DNA of 64,000 bases, taken from the NCBI GenBank assembly GCA_951406725.2, contig OX597835.1, positions 40,734,001 through 40,798,000 on the forward strand, given 5' to 3'. Each line of letters opens with the position of its first letter. Position 1 is the stretch's first letter. This document shows, in pieces, positions 38,221-51,554 of the stretch. The translations under genes were made by a program, and so were the position numbers. The DNA is from Octopus vulgaris. Its lineage: Eukaryota. Under the pieces are notes generated by a model. It was not told the origin of the DNA, made no database searches, and was given only the letters and a program-made list of their open reading frames with translations.

Positions 38221-39604
38221 CTGACTTTTACTGGCCACAATGGGGAAAACTTTTATACGTTTATCCCAAAAGTTTATTAAGTCTCTCCAATAAATTTCCC
38301 AAATGTGTGGTTTTGGGTGGTTTTTAATCAGCAGGGCTGATAGAAGAGGAGAAAGGAAAAAATGAGAGATGGAGAAGAACAGTGCCTTCCTCCAAATTGC
38401 TAAAGAATCGCTAGTTCTCAGTGGCAAGTGTCTCTCAAAGATAAATTATTTACAAATTTAGAATTCACTAGAATTCAAAAAGTCATCTAATAGCTAGTTG
38501 CTTTGTTGTTGTTGTTGTTATTTAGCACTCAACCACTCCCCTTCAGCATCATCACTACCCCCAAGGCAGTCCTGATTGAGCAAACTTACTGTAGAGTAAA
38601 AAGCAATTCCAGCTATGACCATCCTTCCTTTTTGCATCTATAGGTCTACATTATCCAATAACGTGTCCTTCTCCAATTTTAAAATGGTTGGGTGTAAATT
38701 GAGGTAGGTTTTGCTGTTATTTCTAGCAGATCAAACGACCGTGTAAGGAATCATTTGCTCACACAGTCTACATACGATAGCAATCTGTACTGGCAATAGT
38801 AAATACAGAAAATAAAATTTAAAAAATAAATCTGGTTATATTTTATGCAGCCTTGAGAAGGAAAAATAAATTCACACATCAAAGAATTTTTCACCGGTTC
38901 CTTATTTTAATGGAAGATCTCTACTTTTTCCTCATATTTCATTGAAGACAACTTATTTATTACTATTTTTTTTTCTGTTTTTTTTTTACATTCTATTTAC
39001 ATAATTAAGAAGATTCTCTTAATTTCCATGTACACATGATTGGTTTATGCAATAAAAATTAAAATTTTGGAGGAGAGAAATAAAAAAATAGAAAAGGAAA
39101 GAAAGTAAAAAGAAAAAAATTATATAACCTCAAACCAGCAACAAAAAGATATAAATATATAAGACCAAAAATAGTCTAGTTTTTCTAATTCTATAAAGTT
39201 TACCATAGGATTCTATAAGAATATACTATAAAAGGTTATCATAAGAATCTATTGGTTTTGCGTTCAATTATTTTCTACATAGAATAATTGAACGGTAACT
39301 TCTAAAATAAACAAGATTATTTTTGCAAATAAACAAAAAAAAATCTTTTTACTCCAAAAACACAAAAAAAAAAAGAGATTGTTTTTTTATCTTCTTCTTC
39401 CCCAAACTTTTCTTTCTTTTAACAATGTTTTTAATTTGTGTTGATGTTGTTGATAGAATTTGGTTTTTTCCATTCCTTTCTGTTTGTTTTCTTTTTTTTT
39501 CTTTTCTGTCTGACGGTTTTGAAAAAAAAGGAAAAAAGAAAAAAAAAACGATTTTTAAAAAATTTTTCTTCTTTCTCTTTTTATTTCACATATATATTTT
39601 TTTC
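35828..39604 (-). other. Inferred hexokinase 3'UTR ending near AATAAA (35828-35833, minus strand)
   Basis: AATAAA followed by a U-rich tract; region lacks young SINE A/B/C copies. Confidence 0.4.
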
Positions 39605-39751
39605 TTATGTCTGCACAGCAATTGGAATACAATTACCACCAACTTGGGGCGACACCTTCTTGTCGTGGATATTTGTCTTCCTATGGGTTGTGACAGCAGC
39701 GACAATAGCTGCACCTTTACCGCTTCCATCATGAGAAAGAACCAGTTTAAA
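39605..39751 (-). CDS. HK: Hexokinase last coding exon
   Basis: Acceptor TTTTCAG; FKLVLSHDGSGKGAAIVAAV...AVQT*; contains the DGSGxGAA motif. Confidence 0.92.
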   Translation of the reverse strand, partial: FKLVLSHDGSGKGAAIVAAVTTHRKTNIHDKKVSPQVGGNCIPIAVQT

Positions 39752-39849
39752 CTGAAAATAGAATTATTACAACATCGTCAGGGAACAACAATCACAATGA
39801 CAACAACAACAACAATCAAAGGAGATTTCATCTCTTGATGGTAATATTG

Positions 39850-40362
39850 ATGCAACCAAAAGAATACCCTCCATCAGGCATTTGCCATATTCTGAACGCC
39901 TTACTTCCCTGGGCAAGGATACATTGAAACTCCGACATCTGGCAGCTGACTTGGCAGACACCCATAAAATTATTAACCATCTTAACTATCAATAACTCTG
40001 AGCACCTTTTCAAACTCCACCCGTCTAACACCCATGGGCATATTTACAAAGTCAGAAAACAGCACAGCTCCCATGACTTTAGGAAACATTTTTTCACGCT
40101 AAGAGTTGCTGAAGCATGGAACAAACAGCCAGCATCAGTTGTTAGTTGTCGGAGCACTGCATCCTTCAAAACTTCCATGCTTCCTGAGATTCGCCAACAC
40201 TACACCTGATTTTCTCCCCTCCATACACACACAAACATGTATCTGACTCATACATTGTTCGCTTTCCAGACATTTTTACATTACTGCATATGCTTTATAC
40301 GCACTTTCTGGCAAGTTGTGGTGCACCTGAGCACTGTATACAATAATTTCATTATCATTATC
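39850..40362 (+). mobile_element. CR1-type LINE 3' fragment in last hexokinase intron
   Basis: LAADLADTHKII...HFFTLRVAEAWNK reading frame and 3'UTR with ATT tail. Confidence 0.85.
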
Positions 40363-40406
40363 ATTTTGTTTTGAGAGTGGGAAGAATGAAAGCCATCAAA
40401 TCTTAC

Positions 40407-40543
40407 CTTATAACTTGGGTCAACGAGTTCTTGGATCTTCAAAGACATTAAATTGTGGAAGCGTGGATGAAATCTGTACAGGGAGCCATCAATGGCAACA
40501 GTTACTTCAGGTCGTTTCAAAGAATTGATTAAAGTTGAAATAC
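40407..40543 (-). CDS. HK: Hexokinase coding exon
   Basis: ISTLINSLKRPEVTVAIDGSLYRFHPRF...; AG/GT boundaries, phases 1/0. Confidence 0.93.
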
Positions 40544-40868
40544 CTAAGAAAAGAATGAAGACGTTTTTTATAAGTTATTAACCCATTAACAATGGGGCAA
40601 CAGGTTTTACATTTAAACTATTAATATTAACACATGTGTGGGCATGGTTCTGGTGCTAAGAAGTTTGCTTTGCAACCTAGTGTTTTCGGGTTCAGTCCCA
40701 CCCTGCAACACCTTGTGCAAGTGTCTTTTACAATAGAGCTGGGTCAAACAAAGTCTCATGAGTGAGAGTGTTGTAGTTTGCTTGAAGCATTGTATATTGT
40801 TTGTAAAGAATAAAATGTTTTGATTGGTACAACAATGCACTAGGATACAGACAATGGGCTAATATTAA

Positions 40869-41300
40869 GGCACCATTCGAGCATGATCGTTACCACCTTC
40901 ACCTTACAGGCACTCGAGCCCCGTGCTAGTAGGGTATTAAGAGCACCATCCGAGCATTATCGTTGCCATAGCAGCTATCTGGCCTCCGTGCCGATAGCGC
41001 ATAAAAGACACCATTCGAGCGTGATCGTTACCAGCATCACCTTACTGGTACCTGTGCCGGTGGCATGTGTAAAAGATTCGAGCGAGGTCGTTGCCAGTGC
41101 CGCCTGACTGGCCCTGTGCCGGTGGAATGTAAAAGCACCCACTACACTCTCGGAGTGGTTGGCATTAGGAAGGGCAACCAGCTGTAGAAACTCTGCCAGA
41201 TCAAGATTGAAGCCTGGTGCAGCCATCTGGTTCGCCAGTCCTCAGTCATTCGTCTAACCCATGCTAGCATGGAAAGCAGACGTTAAACGATGATGATGAT

Positions 41301-41302
<2 letters not shown>
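40869..41302 (+). mobile_element. SINE family C (long form with internal repeats)
   Basis: Family motif. Confidence 0.85.
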
Positions 41303-41338
<36 letters not shown>

Positions 41339-41946
41339 TGTATATTATTCTCAGAATGGTTGGTGTTAGGAAGGACATCCAGCCATAGAAACCATGCCAA
41401 ATCAGACTGGGGTATGGTGCAGCCCCTCAGCTTATCAGCCCTGGCCAAACTGTCCAACCCATACCAGCATGATCAACGGATATTAGATGATGAGGATGAT
41501 AATTATATATGTGTGTATGTGTGTGTCTTTGTGCCTGTTTTTTGTCTCCTTCACTCATCTGCTTGACAACCAATGTCGGTTTGTTTACGTCATCTGTAAT
41601 TTAACAGTTCAGCAAAAGAGACCAATAGAGTAAGTGCCAGGCTTAAAGACTAATAAGTACTGGGGATGATTTGCTTGACTAAATAAACCCTTCAAGGCAG
41701 TGCCCCAGCATAGCCACAGCCCAATGACTGAAACTAGTAAAAAGATAAAAGGCATGTGGTGGTAGTGGTGGTGGTACCCTGCCCATGATGTGGGTTTATC
41801 TTTTACTCACCTGTTTAATTCTACAGAAATCAGGAGTTGATGTACTTCTACCACCACCACCATCTCCACTGCTGCTGCCACTACTATGCCATCCCAAAGA
41901 AAGTAAAAAAGAAAACCTCTTCTGGAAATCCACAAATGTTACATAC

Positions 41947-42086
41947 CGGCAGATGCAAGGAACGCAGCACGAGCTGATATCAAGGCACACACATATTTCA
42001 CAATCTTGCAGTCTTCCAAAGTATATGTTTCAACACCGAGTTCTTCAAGGATTTGTTTTGTGTTTTCAAAAAATTCTCCATTATCT
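41947..42086 (-). CDS. HK: Hexokinase coding exon
   Basis: DNGEFFENTKQILEELG...VCALISARAAFLASAG; AG/GT, phases 2/1. Confidence 0.92.
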
Positions 42087-42486
42087 CTGCAAAAGACAAA
42101 GAAATTGACAAATTTAGAGAAATGAAAATCCTTCTTTCATACCTTAAACCATTATCTCCTAGCATAAAAAGCTCCTCCTTCCTTTAGGTTTCCAAGTCTT
42201 GTGAGCTGCAGAGCAACTTCACTTGTGCCAGTGGCATGAAAAAGCACCCAGTACATGTTGTGAAGTAGTTTACATAAGGAAGGACACCCAGTTGTAGAAA
42301 CAATGCCAAAGCTAACACTAGAATACGATGCAGTCCATGGATCCATCAGATCCTGTCAAACTGTCCAACCCATGACAGCATGGAATATGGAAGTTAAATG
42401 ATGATGATGTTTGTTGAAATTACACTAATTTTCTTTCAATTAATTTTTTAAATAATAAAGAATTTAGTAAAATAGCTTCATCATTA

Positions 42487-42716
42487 TTAACCCTTTCATT
42501 ACTGTATTTATTTTGAGATGCTCTGTGTTTCTTTCAATTATTTTAAATATAACAAAGAATTTAGTAAAATAACTTGGTTATCATTCAGCTAGTGTTAGGT
42601 ATATAAATTGCGACTAAGGTTTGGTGGTATATTTTAATGCAAAACTTATGAAAACAAGACATTTGTACTACAGAGCCAGGGCTGGTTTTGGCCGGGGTTG
42701 GTAATGAAAGGGTTAA
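42487..42716. mobile_element. piggyBac-type MITE
   Basis: TTAA TSD, CCCTTTC/GAAAGGG ends. Confidence 0.85.
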
Positions 42717-42956
42717 ACTAATGTTTCGAACATAAATTAACAAGAACTTTTACTGGAAAGTTTAAATTTAGATCACTTTAAACCAGGAAGCTTCTGCCAC
42801 AAACCCAAGAGTGATCTCAAGCAGGTTTATCTTCATTGTATTTCTAAAAAATATTCACTATACAAGTGCTTCAATTAATTTTGAAAATAATAAATTTAGA
42901 TATATTTTATTAAATTATTAAGCAAGTATTTTAAAGTAGAAATGTTAAAATCTTTA

Positions 42957-43015
<59 letters not shown>

Positions 43016-43284
43016 AATATATATGTATATTCTGTGCATTTTCATCGTTGCTTTTCGATTTAAAATTGAAACTTCTAACAATGCCATGATTAAATTAGAA
43101 GTGGTTATCTCCCTTACAATAATCAGCTGCCAGGGCAGCCCAGGTGTTTAACAAAATGTCTCTTACATTATAATAGAAGGTTTAAATCTGAGTTTCGTGT
43201 ATGTCTTACGAAGCATACACGTATGGGTTCAATTCCTAAACCAAGTAGTGCATTGTGTTTTAAATAAATAAATAAAATAAATAA

Positions 43285-43710
43285 ATAATGAAATTATTGT
43301 ATGCAGTGCTCAGGTGCACCACAACTTGTCAGAAAGTGCGTATAAAGTGTATGCAGTAATGTACAAATGTCTGGGAAGCAAACAGTGTATGAGTCAGATA
43401 CATGTTTGTGTGTGTATGGAGGGGAGAAAATCAGGTGTAGTGTTGGCGAATCTCAGGAAGCATGGAAGTTTTGAAGGATGCAGTGCTCCGACAACTAACA
43501 ACTGATGCCGGCAGTTTGTTCCATGCTTCAGCAACACTCAGCGTGAAAAAATGTTTCCGAAAGTCATGGGAGCTGTGCTGCTTTCTGACTTTGTAAATAT
43601 GTCCAGGGGTGTTTGACAGGTGGAGTTTGAAAAGGTGCTCAGAGTTATTGTTTGTAAGATGGTTGATAATTTTATGGGTGTCTGCCAAGTCAGCTGCCAG
43701 ACGTCGGACA
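43285..43710 (-). mobile_element. CR1-type LINE 3' fragment
   Basis: ORF 43431-43751 RRLAADLADTHKII...AWNKLPASVV. Confidence 0.85.
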
Positions 43711-45275
43711 ATGTGTCCATGCCCGTTTTTGAACAAAACATTTAATTTCATGTCTATTCCACATTGTCCTGTTCAGAGGAAATATGGTCACAGTCACTTA
43801 TACATCATAGAAACCAGATAACTGGCCCCGTGAGTCCTAAGATAACTGGCCCCGTGGGTCCTTTGACTTGAGACAGTCGTGCCCAGTCATTGATGATCAT
43901 GATGTGACACAAGATGCAGTTCTTAGCATTTCAAACAGAAACCTTCTTTGCAGAGAGTAACTTAAAGGGATTAAGGGATAGCATTCAGTGAATACATTTT
44001 AAGAATTTGAGGGAGAATAGGGAAATACTAAAGGACAGAGAGGTAACCAAGCCTAAAAGGCCGTTGTTTGGCCCCAAATTTGCCCCTGATCCAACAGAAC
44101 AATTTTCATAGTTATTGCTGCAGTGTCCTTCAAGTATAGCATATCTATCTTGAACTACATTACTCAATGTGATATGAGGAAAATTTGACTGCTACTTCTA
44201 GCAGGTTGAACAACCACATAGAAACTTCCTTGATGCTTTGAGGCATATAAAAAAAGGGTTGTTGTCTTGAACTCCAATTCAACCCTGATTGAACAGACCC
44301 ATGATCAAGAACATTCCATCCATGCCCATTCCATTCATTTTTTCCTATGTGCTGGTACCTAAGAATCACATTATATATATTCACTTTTAAATTTGTAGGG
44401 TATGAGTTGATGGATATTGGCTGCTATTTCTACTAAGTCAAGTGACCATATACAGCAGTGAGCTAGAAGTATCGTTAGTGCATCAGACAAAATGTTTAGA
44501 AGCATCTCTTCTGGTTCATTACACTCTGAGTTCAAATCCAGTCAAGGTCAACTTTACTTTTCAGCCCTTCAGGATTGATAAAATAAAGTACCAGTCATGA
44601 ACTGGGGTCAATGGAATCAAGTTGTTGCCTTCCTTTAAAATTGATGGCTTGGAAACCTACAATGGACCAGTGTCCTGTTCAATGGGATTGTTGTGACCTC
44701 GGTCAGTTATATGCCATGTAAACTGGATAAACTGACCTTATGAGTCCTAGACCATCAATAGAGGCCCAAGGTGAAAAGGATGTTAGTATGAAGACAATGG
44801 CCAGAACAATAAAGCATAGATAGGTAAAGGTAGGAGGCATGGCTTTCATTTGAACCACACAAAACCTAAGGTGACACACAACCCAGTAACAACACGTAAT
44901 AAATAAGATAAGTATTATCTTTGATAAGATATGACCAAACTAATATCAGAATCTTATGATGTTTTAAGCAATTACTTAATACACTGCATCAGTCGTGCCA
45001 TGACTAACCTAATTAACATTCTGTTAATTTATGAAAATGCTAAGAACCATAGATAAGGTGTTTCAGATGATAACAGCAGTGGCCTTCATTAAGATATTCA
45101 CAGCACCTAATAGAGAGGTTTTATATAAATGTATTTAACCTATCTGAACAATGGACACTTTAGATAAGAATCACACAACTTCAGCCTTCACACACACGTG
45201 CGTGTGTATGTGTGTATTTTGTTTAAGCATGAAATTCATAACATAACCATCGTTTCCCTTTCTTATTTTATTTTC

Positions 45276-45315
<40 letters not shown>

Positions 45316-45569
45316 CAGTCGCCATGATAGATCGTTAGCCACTACACACATTTTTTTCTCTCCTTGTTTTTTCTGTGTCCCTTTCTGTGGAAGAGCATAG
45401 GCTCGAAGCATTAAAGACATTTTCTATTCCTGAGCGTTATACTAATACATCTGTTTGTTTTGTACACCACCTGCCTTCGTCTTTTGTTTTTTTCGTAAAC
45501 TCTCCCTATATATATATATATATATGTATAAGCTGTAATGAACTACTATCCAGCTGTTGTTATTTGTGT

Positions 45570-45845
45570 GTGCCAGTGCCGCTGGACTGTCTCCTGTGCA
45601 GGTGGCACATAAAAAGTACCATTTGAGTGTGGCCGTTGCCAGTACTGCCTGACTGGCCCTCGTGCAGGTGGCACGTTAAAGCACCCACTACACTCTCGGA
45701 GTGGTTGGCATTAGGAAGGTCATCCAGCTGTAGAAACTTTGCCAGATCAAGACTGGTGCCTGGTACAGCCATGTTGGTCGCCAGTCCTCAGTCAAATCGT
45801 CCAACCCATGATAGCATGGAAAACGGACGTTAAACGATGATGATA
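45570..45845 (+). mobile_element. SINE family C
   Basis: Family motif. Confidence 0.8.
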
Positions 45846-45908
45846 ATATATATATATATCATCATCGTGCATCATCATCATCTTACTCAAGATGATGATA
45901 TATATATA

Positions 45909-46304
45909 GGTGCAGAAGTGGCTGTGTGGTAAGTAGCTTGTTTACCAACCACATGGCTCTGGGTTCAGTCCCACTGCGTGACACCTTGGGCAAGTGTCTT
46001 CTACTATAGCCTCAGGCCAACCAAAGCCTTGTGAGTGGATTTGGTAGATGGAAACTGAAAGAAGCCCGTCGTATATATGTATATATGTATATGTGTGTGT
46101 TTGTGCGTCTGTGTTTGTCCCTCTAGCATTGCTTGACAACCGATGCTAGTGTGTTTATGTCCCCGTCACTTAGCGGTTCGGCAAAAGAGACCGATAGAAT
46201 AAGTACTAGGCTTACAAAAGAATAAGTCCCGGGGTCGAGTTGCTCAATTAAAGGCGGTGCTCCAGCATGGCCGCAATCAAATGACTGAAAAGTAAAAGAG
46301 TAAA
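45909..46304 (+). mobile_element. SINE family A
   Basis: Near full-length copy. Confidence 0.9.
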
Positions 46305-46868
46305 GGGAGTATATATAGTGAACTCACTCATCCCCTCACTCTTTCCCAATCCCCAGTCTACACTTCCCTCTATGCATCTTCCTGCTACCTGGGTGTATGG
46401 TCTCAGCACCCCACTCCTGTTACACTCCACATGAGGCAGCCATGTTTCTCTTCTAATGCCTGACACCTTTTTTTCTTATCCCTCAATATTTCTCACCCAA
46501 AGTTGAAAGGTCTTGTGCTGCTGCAGCTGCCACATGGAAAAAAAAAAAAAACTCAGTAAATTCTGTAAAGTGGTTAGCATCTGGTTGGCTCTCCAGCTGC
46601 AGAAACCATCCCAAAGCAGACAGCAGAGCTTGGTACAGTCTTGTGACACAGAATGTGATAATACTGGCTCTATACAGGTACAACTCATTTGAAATACAGG
46701 TACAACTCGTGTTTGGCAGTTGGGTGAACATGAAATAAAATGTCTTACTCAAGAACTCAATATGCTACCGAATATTGAACTCGCAACCTTATAACTGTGA
46801 GCTGAACACCTTAACCACAAAGCCATGCACCTTCGCAATAACAAAACAATGTAAAAATACACACAAAC

Positions 46869-47027
46869 CTTTCAATTTCAGATAGATATTTGGTGTAGAA
46901 CTTTCCACGGTTGAATAAATCACAATCATGATCAATGCCACGGAAGATAAGTTTTTCAGAGCTCAATCTTTCTAGTGTCAGCCGTACAATTTCACCAAGG
47001 TACATTCCACCTATCATTTTTTCAACC
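46869..47027 (-). CDS. HK: Hexokinase coding exon
   Basis: VEKMIGGMYLGEIVRL...TKYLSEIE; AG/GT, phases 2/2. Confidence 0.95.
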
Positions 47028-47134
47028 CTGTAAGTGAAGAAAGATTATGATAATAAAGACAATAATAACAGGTTAAATAAGCCTAAAGGCCACATGTACA
47101 TGGACCATCAAACAAATATTACAACTTACTAAAG

Positions 47135-47330
47135 ACTCAGACATACCATAAATCCTCGAGTGTAGTCCGCCCTTGAGTATAATACGCAGGGGATTTTTAG
47201 GGGGCTGTACCTCTGAAAAACCTAAACCTTGTGTATAATACGCACCCCTTCTCTAACTTGAGTCAAGGAGGTCTATATAATGTCCTTGGTTTCTAAAAAT
47301 GTATACGGTAACATCCTTTATTATTTGATA
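47135..47330 (+). mobile_element. Tc2/pogo-like DNA transposon terminus
   Basis: TACCATAAATCCTCGAG start with repeated GTATAATACGCA subterminal motifs. Confidence 0.45.
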
Positions 47331-47645
47331 TGTAGATACCGACGGTATCCGGGCTTGTATAAGTCTTGAAAAAATTACAAAAATCGATTCCAGGTGAGAA
47401 TGCGATCGATGAAGCCGTGGAAATGTGCATTTGACAACTCAGCACCGTCCATTGGACAGGGGACGTTTTGCTTGTATATATATCATCATCATCATCATCA
47501 TTTAACGTCCACTTTCCATGCTAGCATGGGTTGGATGATTTGACTGAGGTCTGTCAAACCAGATGGCTGCACCAGGCTTCAATCTTGATCTGACAGAGTT
47601 TCTACAGCTGGATGCCCTTCCTAACGCCAACCACTCTGAGATTGG

Positions 47646-47697
<52 letters not shown>

Positions 47698-48002
47698 ATA
47701 CACACACAATTATATACACACAAAACTCATATTTATAGACATATATAGAAATATATGCATACATATACACATACATGTATGAGTATGTGAGTATGTAAAA
47801 GTAGTAAGAAAACCAGGTAGCCCTATATAAATAGGGATTGCAGCATGGACAACACACGGAAGCCATTGAAAAACATAAAGACAAACTACCGTTTGTTGTG
47901 AAATAGATGCATTGTCACATGGTAGGGAATGTAATTCCAAAACTTACAGGGAAAAATTCAATTCAATGATTTTAAATCAACTTTCACAATATATAATATA
48001 TG

Positions 48003-48225
48003 TATATAATTTAGAGAAAAACTTCTATTAAACAATTCAATAGTGAAAGACGTTCTTCACAAAAATCAATAAAGTACAATAAATAGTAAATAGTAGTACT
48101 ACTATTTACTATTTATTGTACTTTATTTACTACTATTTACTATTTATTGTACTTTATTGATTTTTGTGAATGACATCTTTCATTATTGATTTGTTTAATA
48201 GAGGTTTTTCTCCAAATTATATACA
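48003..48225. repeat. Fold-back inverted repeat with duplicated centre
   Basis: About 95-bp arms around the palindrome AGTAGTACTACT. Confidence 0.8.
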
Positions 48226-48310
48226 TGTATTATATATATATATACCGGAGTAAACACATAAATGTGAAACAAGGTGGAAAAAAGAGTACTCAAATACCAG
48301 TGGTAGAGTA

Positions 48311-48510
48311 ATATGCTTCATTTAAAGCAGCAGAAAATTCAACAAAACCTGTTACTCTGAGTTTCTCATTGCCGTTCATCAGACAGTTTTTGCTAGAATG
48401 GAACCGATATATCATCGATTCCATTCTAGCAAAAACTGTCTGATGAACGACAGCGAGAAACTCAGAGTAACAGATTTTGTTGAATTTTCTGCTGCTTTAA
48501 ATAAAGTATA
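48311..48510. repeat. Fold-back inverted repeat carrying two hammerhead-like motifs
   Basis: About 97-bp arms with a 5-nt loop; motifs at 48349-48386 (-) and 48436-48473 (+). Confidence 0.85.
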
Positions 48511-48516
48511 TATATA

Positions 48517-48594
<78 letters not shown>

Positions 48595-48630
48595 TCATCG
48601 TTTAGCGTCCGCTTTCCATGCTGGCATGGG

Positions 48631-48667
<37 letters not shown>

Positions 48668-49174
48668 TATATATATAGTCTAGATTCAAATAAGCAAGAC
48701 TAGAAGAATGAATATACAAGTCCCCTAAAATGATAACTAAGAAAAAAAAACCTATGTATATTTTAAACATCTTTTTACTTTCCTTTAAATATTACCTACT
48801 GTAGAATACAAGTTTGACTATTACGATGTTCTATTTATGAATATCTTAGACCATTTGTAAGAAATAATTGTATAGGAATATATGAAGATAAAAACTAAAA
48901 TCCATTTTAACTTCCAATCTCTTTCATTTCATAAATATGAATGAAGTTGTTGAACTTTGTTTAATAAGTTACGTCATATACCAATTATTTATATATGTAT
49001 ATATATGTATATATCGAAGAAGTACTTGTCAGGCAAATTATTTCATCTGAGACTGTGTGTTGTGTTGATACTAAAACAATTTTAGTATGGAAGATACATA
49101 CTAGCCATTCCTAAATGCAAACATTTCTTTAAAATTTATTATTTGGTGACAAACCTTTTCTTCCATCAATTCTT

Positions 49175-49405
49175 GTTTCTTTATTGCCCACAAGGGGCTA
49201 AACATAGAGGGGACAAACAAGGACAGACAATGGGATTAAGTCGATTACATTGACCCCAGTACGTAACTGGTACTTAATTTATTGACCCTGAAAGGATGAA
49301 AGGCAAAGTCGACCTCGGTGGAATTTGAACTCAGAAAGTAACGGCAGATGAAATACCACTAAGCATTTCCCTCGGTATGCTAACGTTTCTGCCAGCTCGC
49401 CGCCT
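49175..49405 (-). mobile_element. SINE family B
   Basis: Family motif. Confidence 0.85.
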
Positions 49406-49631
49406 TATTTCTTATTTCTTCCACCAATTCTGTTGCAGTGGAACAACATCAGTGACCAGGTCACAGTTGGTACAATGAAAATTTTAATACTAAATTTTAA
49501 TATCAACTGTTTAAATGAAGTTAACAGTCCTTGTGTGTTTTTCAATAACTAATATATGCAGCATGAAGCTTTGTCAGTGAACAGGTCGCGGTCTCAAAGC
49601 GCCGAAAATATTTTAACAAATTAAATACAAA

Positions 49632-50039
49632 TGTGGCGGTTGCCAGCGCCGCCCCGACTGGCCTCCGTGCCGGTGGCACGTAAAAAGCACCATCCGTTCG
49701 TGGCCATTGCCAGCCCCGCCTGGCCCCCATGCTGGTGGCACGTACAAAGCACCATCTGATCGTGGCCGTTGCCAGCCTCACCTGGCCCCTGTGCCGGTGG
49801 CACATAAAAAGCACCATCCGTCCGTGGCCGTTTGCCAGCTCCGTCTGGCACCTGTGCGGGTAGCATGTAAAAAGCACCCACTACACTCACGGAGTGGTTG
49901 GCGTTAGGAAGGGCATCCAGCCGTAGAAACTCTGCCAGATCAGACTGGGCCTGGTGCAGCCTTCTGGCTTCACAGACCCCAGTTGAGCCGTCCAACCCAT
50001 GCTAGCATGGAAAGCGGACGCTAAATGATGATGATGATG
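49632..50039 (+). mobile_element. SINE family C
   Basis: Family motif. Confidence 0.85.
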
Positions 50040-50619
50040 TTGAAGTGAATCTAATGGTTTTTGTGTTTCTTAAATGGCTTATAAACACCTTCCACACTGC
50101 AATTGTTTTCATTCCAGCACACGATCTCAGATCAGGTCACTTGCTATGTAAGTACATCTCCGTAATATATGCTTTCTATGCTATAATTGTTACACACACA
50201 CACATATGCACGTATATAACAGTAGTGTCCATCCTCTGGTTGCAAATATTTTATTTTGACCAAGTTGGATCAAATCATCTTCAGCCTGAGAAAAAAAATC
50301 TCAATATCCTGCCATACTGCTTCTTCCTATTACGGTCAGCCAAGAATAATCATGGCTTCTCTCTTCTCTCCCTCCACACATCACTTACCGAAGCCCCACA
50401 AAGTTGATGGAGATGATCTATCTCTGTGACACACATACACGTAGTAATACACAAATGCACCGCTACAGACACACAGAGCAATACATACAGACATTCATAA
50501 CACATACACACACACAGAGCAACACATAAACACACTCACGGAACAACAAACAGATACACACAGCCATAAAAAATGGTGTGTGTGTGTGGACACATACAAA
50601 CACACACATATATATTTTT

Positions 50620-50843
50620 TTATTACCCACAAGGGGCTAAACATAGAGGGGACAAACAAGGACAGACAAAGGGATTAAGTTGATTACATCGACTCCAGTG
50701 CGTAACTGGTTCTTAATTTATCAACCCCGAAAGGATGAAAGGCAAAGTCCACCTCGGCGGAATTTGAACTCAGAGCATAGCGGCAGACGAAATACCACTA
50801 AGCATTTCACCCAACGTGCTAACGTTTCTGCCAGCTCACTGCC
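50620..50843 (-). mobile_element. SINE family B
   Basis: Family motif. Confidence 0.85.
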
Positions 50844-50937
50844 TAAACACACACATATATTTATACATATACACATATCTCTAAACACACATATATTTAT
50901 ACATATACATATACACATATCTATAGATGAAACTCAC

Positions 50938-51050
50938 AGTTGTTTTCCTGGGTTGATAGAGTATGTATCCAACTCTCTGTCGTATTCTGTACGGACAATA
51001 TCCAAACAACCGTTGTCACCAAATGCACCCCATTCTGTATTGATGATCAC
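50938..51050 (-). CDS. HK: Hexokinase coding exon
   Basis: [17 protein letters not shown]...SINPGKQ; AG/GT, phases 0/2. Confidence 0.95.
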
Positions 51051-51554
51051 CTGGAAGAGAAAGAATATTTAGGAAGCATTTAGTCTGGGTATTTCTCTCT
51101 GCCTGTCTGTCTGTCTCTCTCTCTCTCTAACACACACACACACATCATTCATATACACACTTATGTATGCACACTCATAGAAGCTAAACAACAATTATAT
51201 TGATGCCACGTGTGTACTAGCATGAGAGAGGATGCAAAGTCTATGGGCTCTGCCCTGCCTCTCCCTTGATTAAAATATACAGAAATAAAATATATACACA
51301 TGTCAATAAAGGAAGTGCTACAGCATGGCCTTAGATGTAATGTCTAAAGCAAAACTAAAGATCTTTATACACAAAAAAACACACATTTAGTGCAAATACA
51401 AATGGGAACTGTTTTTCGCAGTCGCTGATCACCCTTTGAAACTCACAACAACACGGTGAACTCAACAGGAGCTGGCTTAACCCCTCCCAGGTGAATGCCA
51501 TGGCAAGATAAAACAAGAAGACACATTTAGTCACATATACAAATATATTTTTTA

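Noticed and set aside
47915-47950. Additional hammerhead near GGAAT-GTA-ATTCC-AAAAC
   Set aside because: Core too decayed to support
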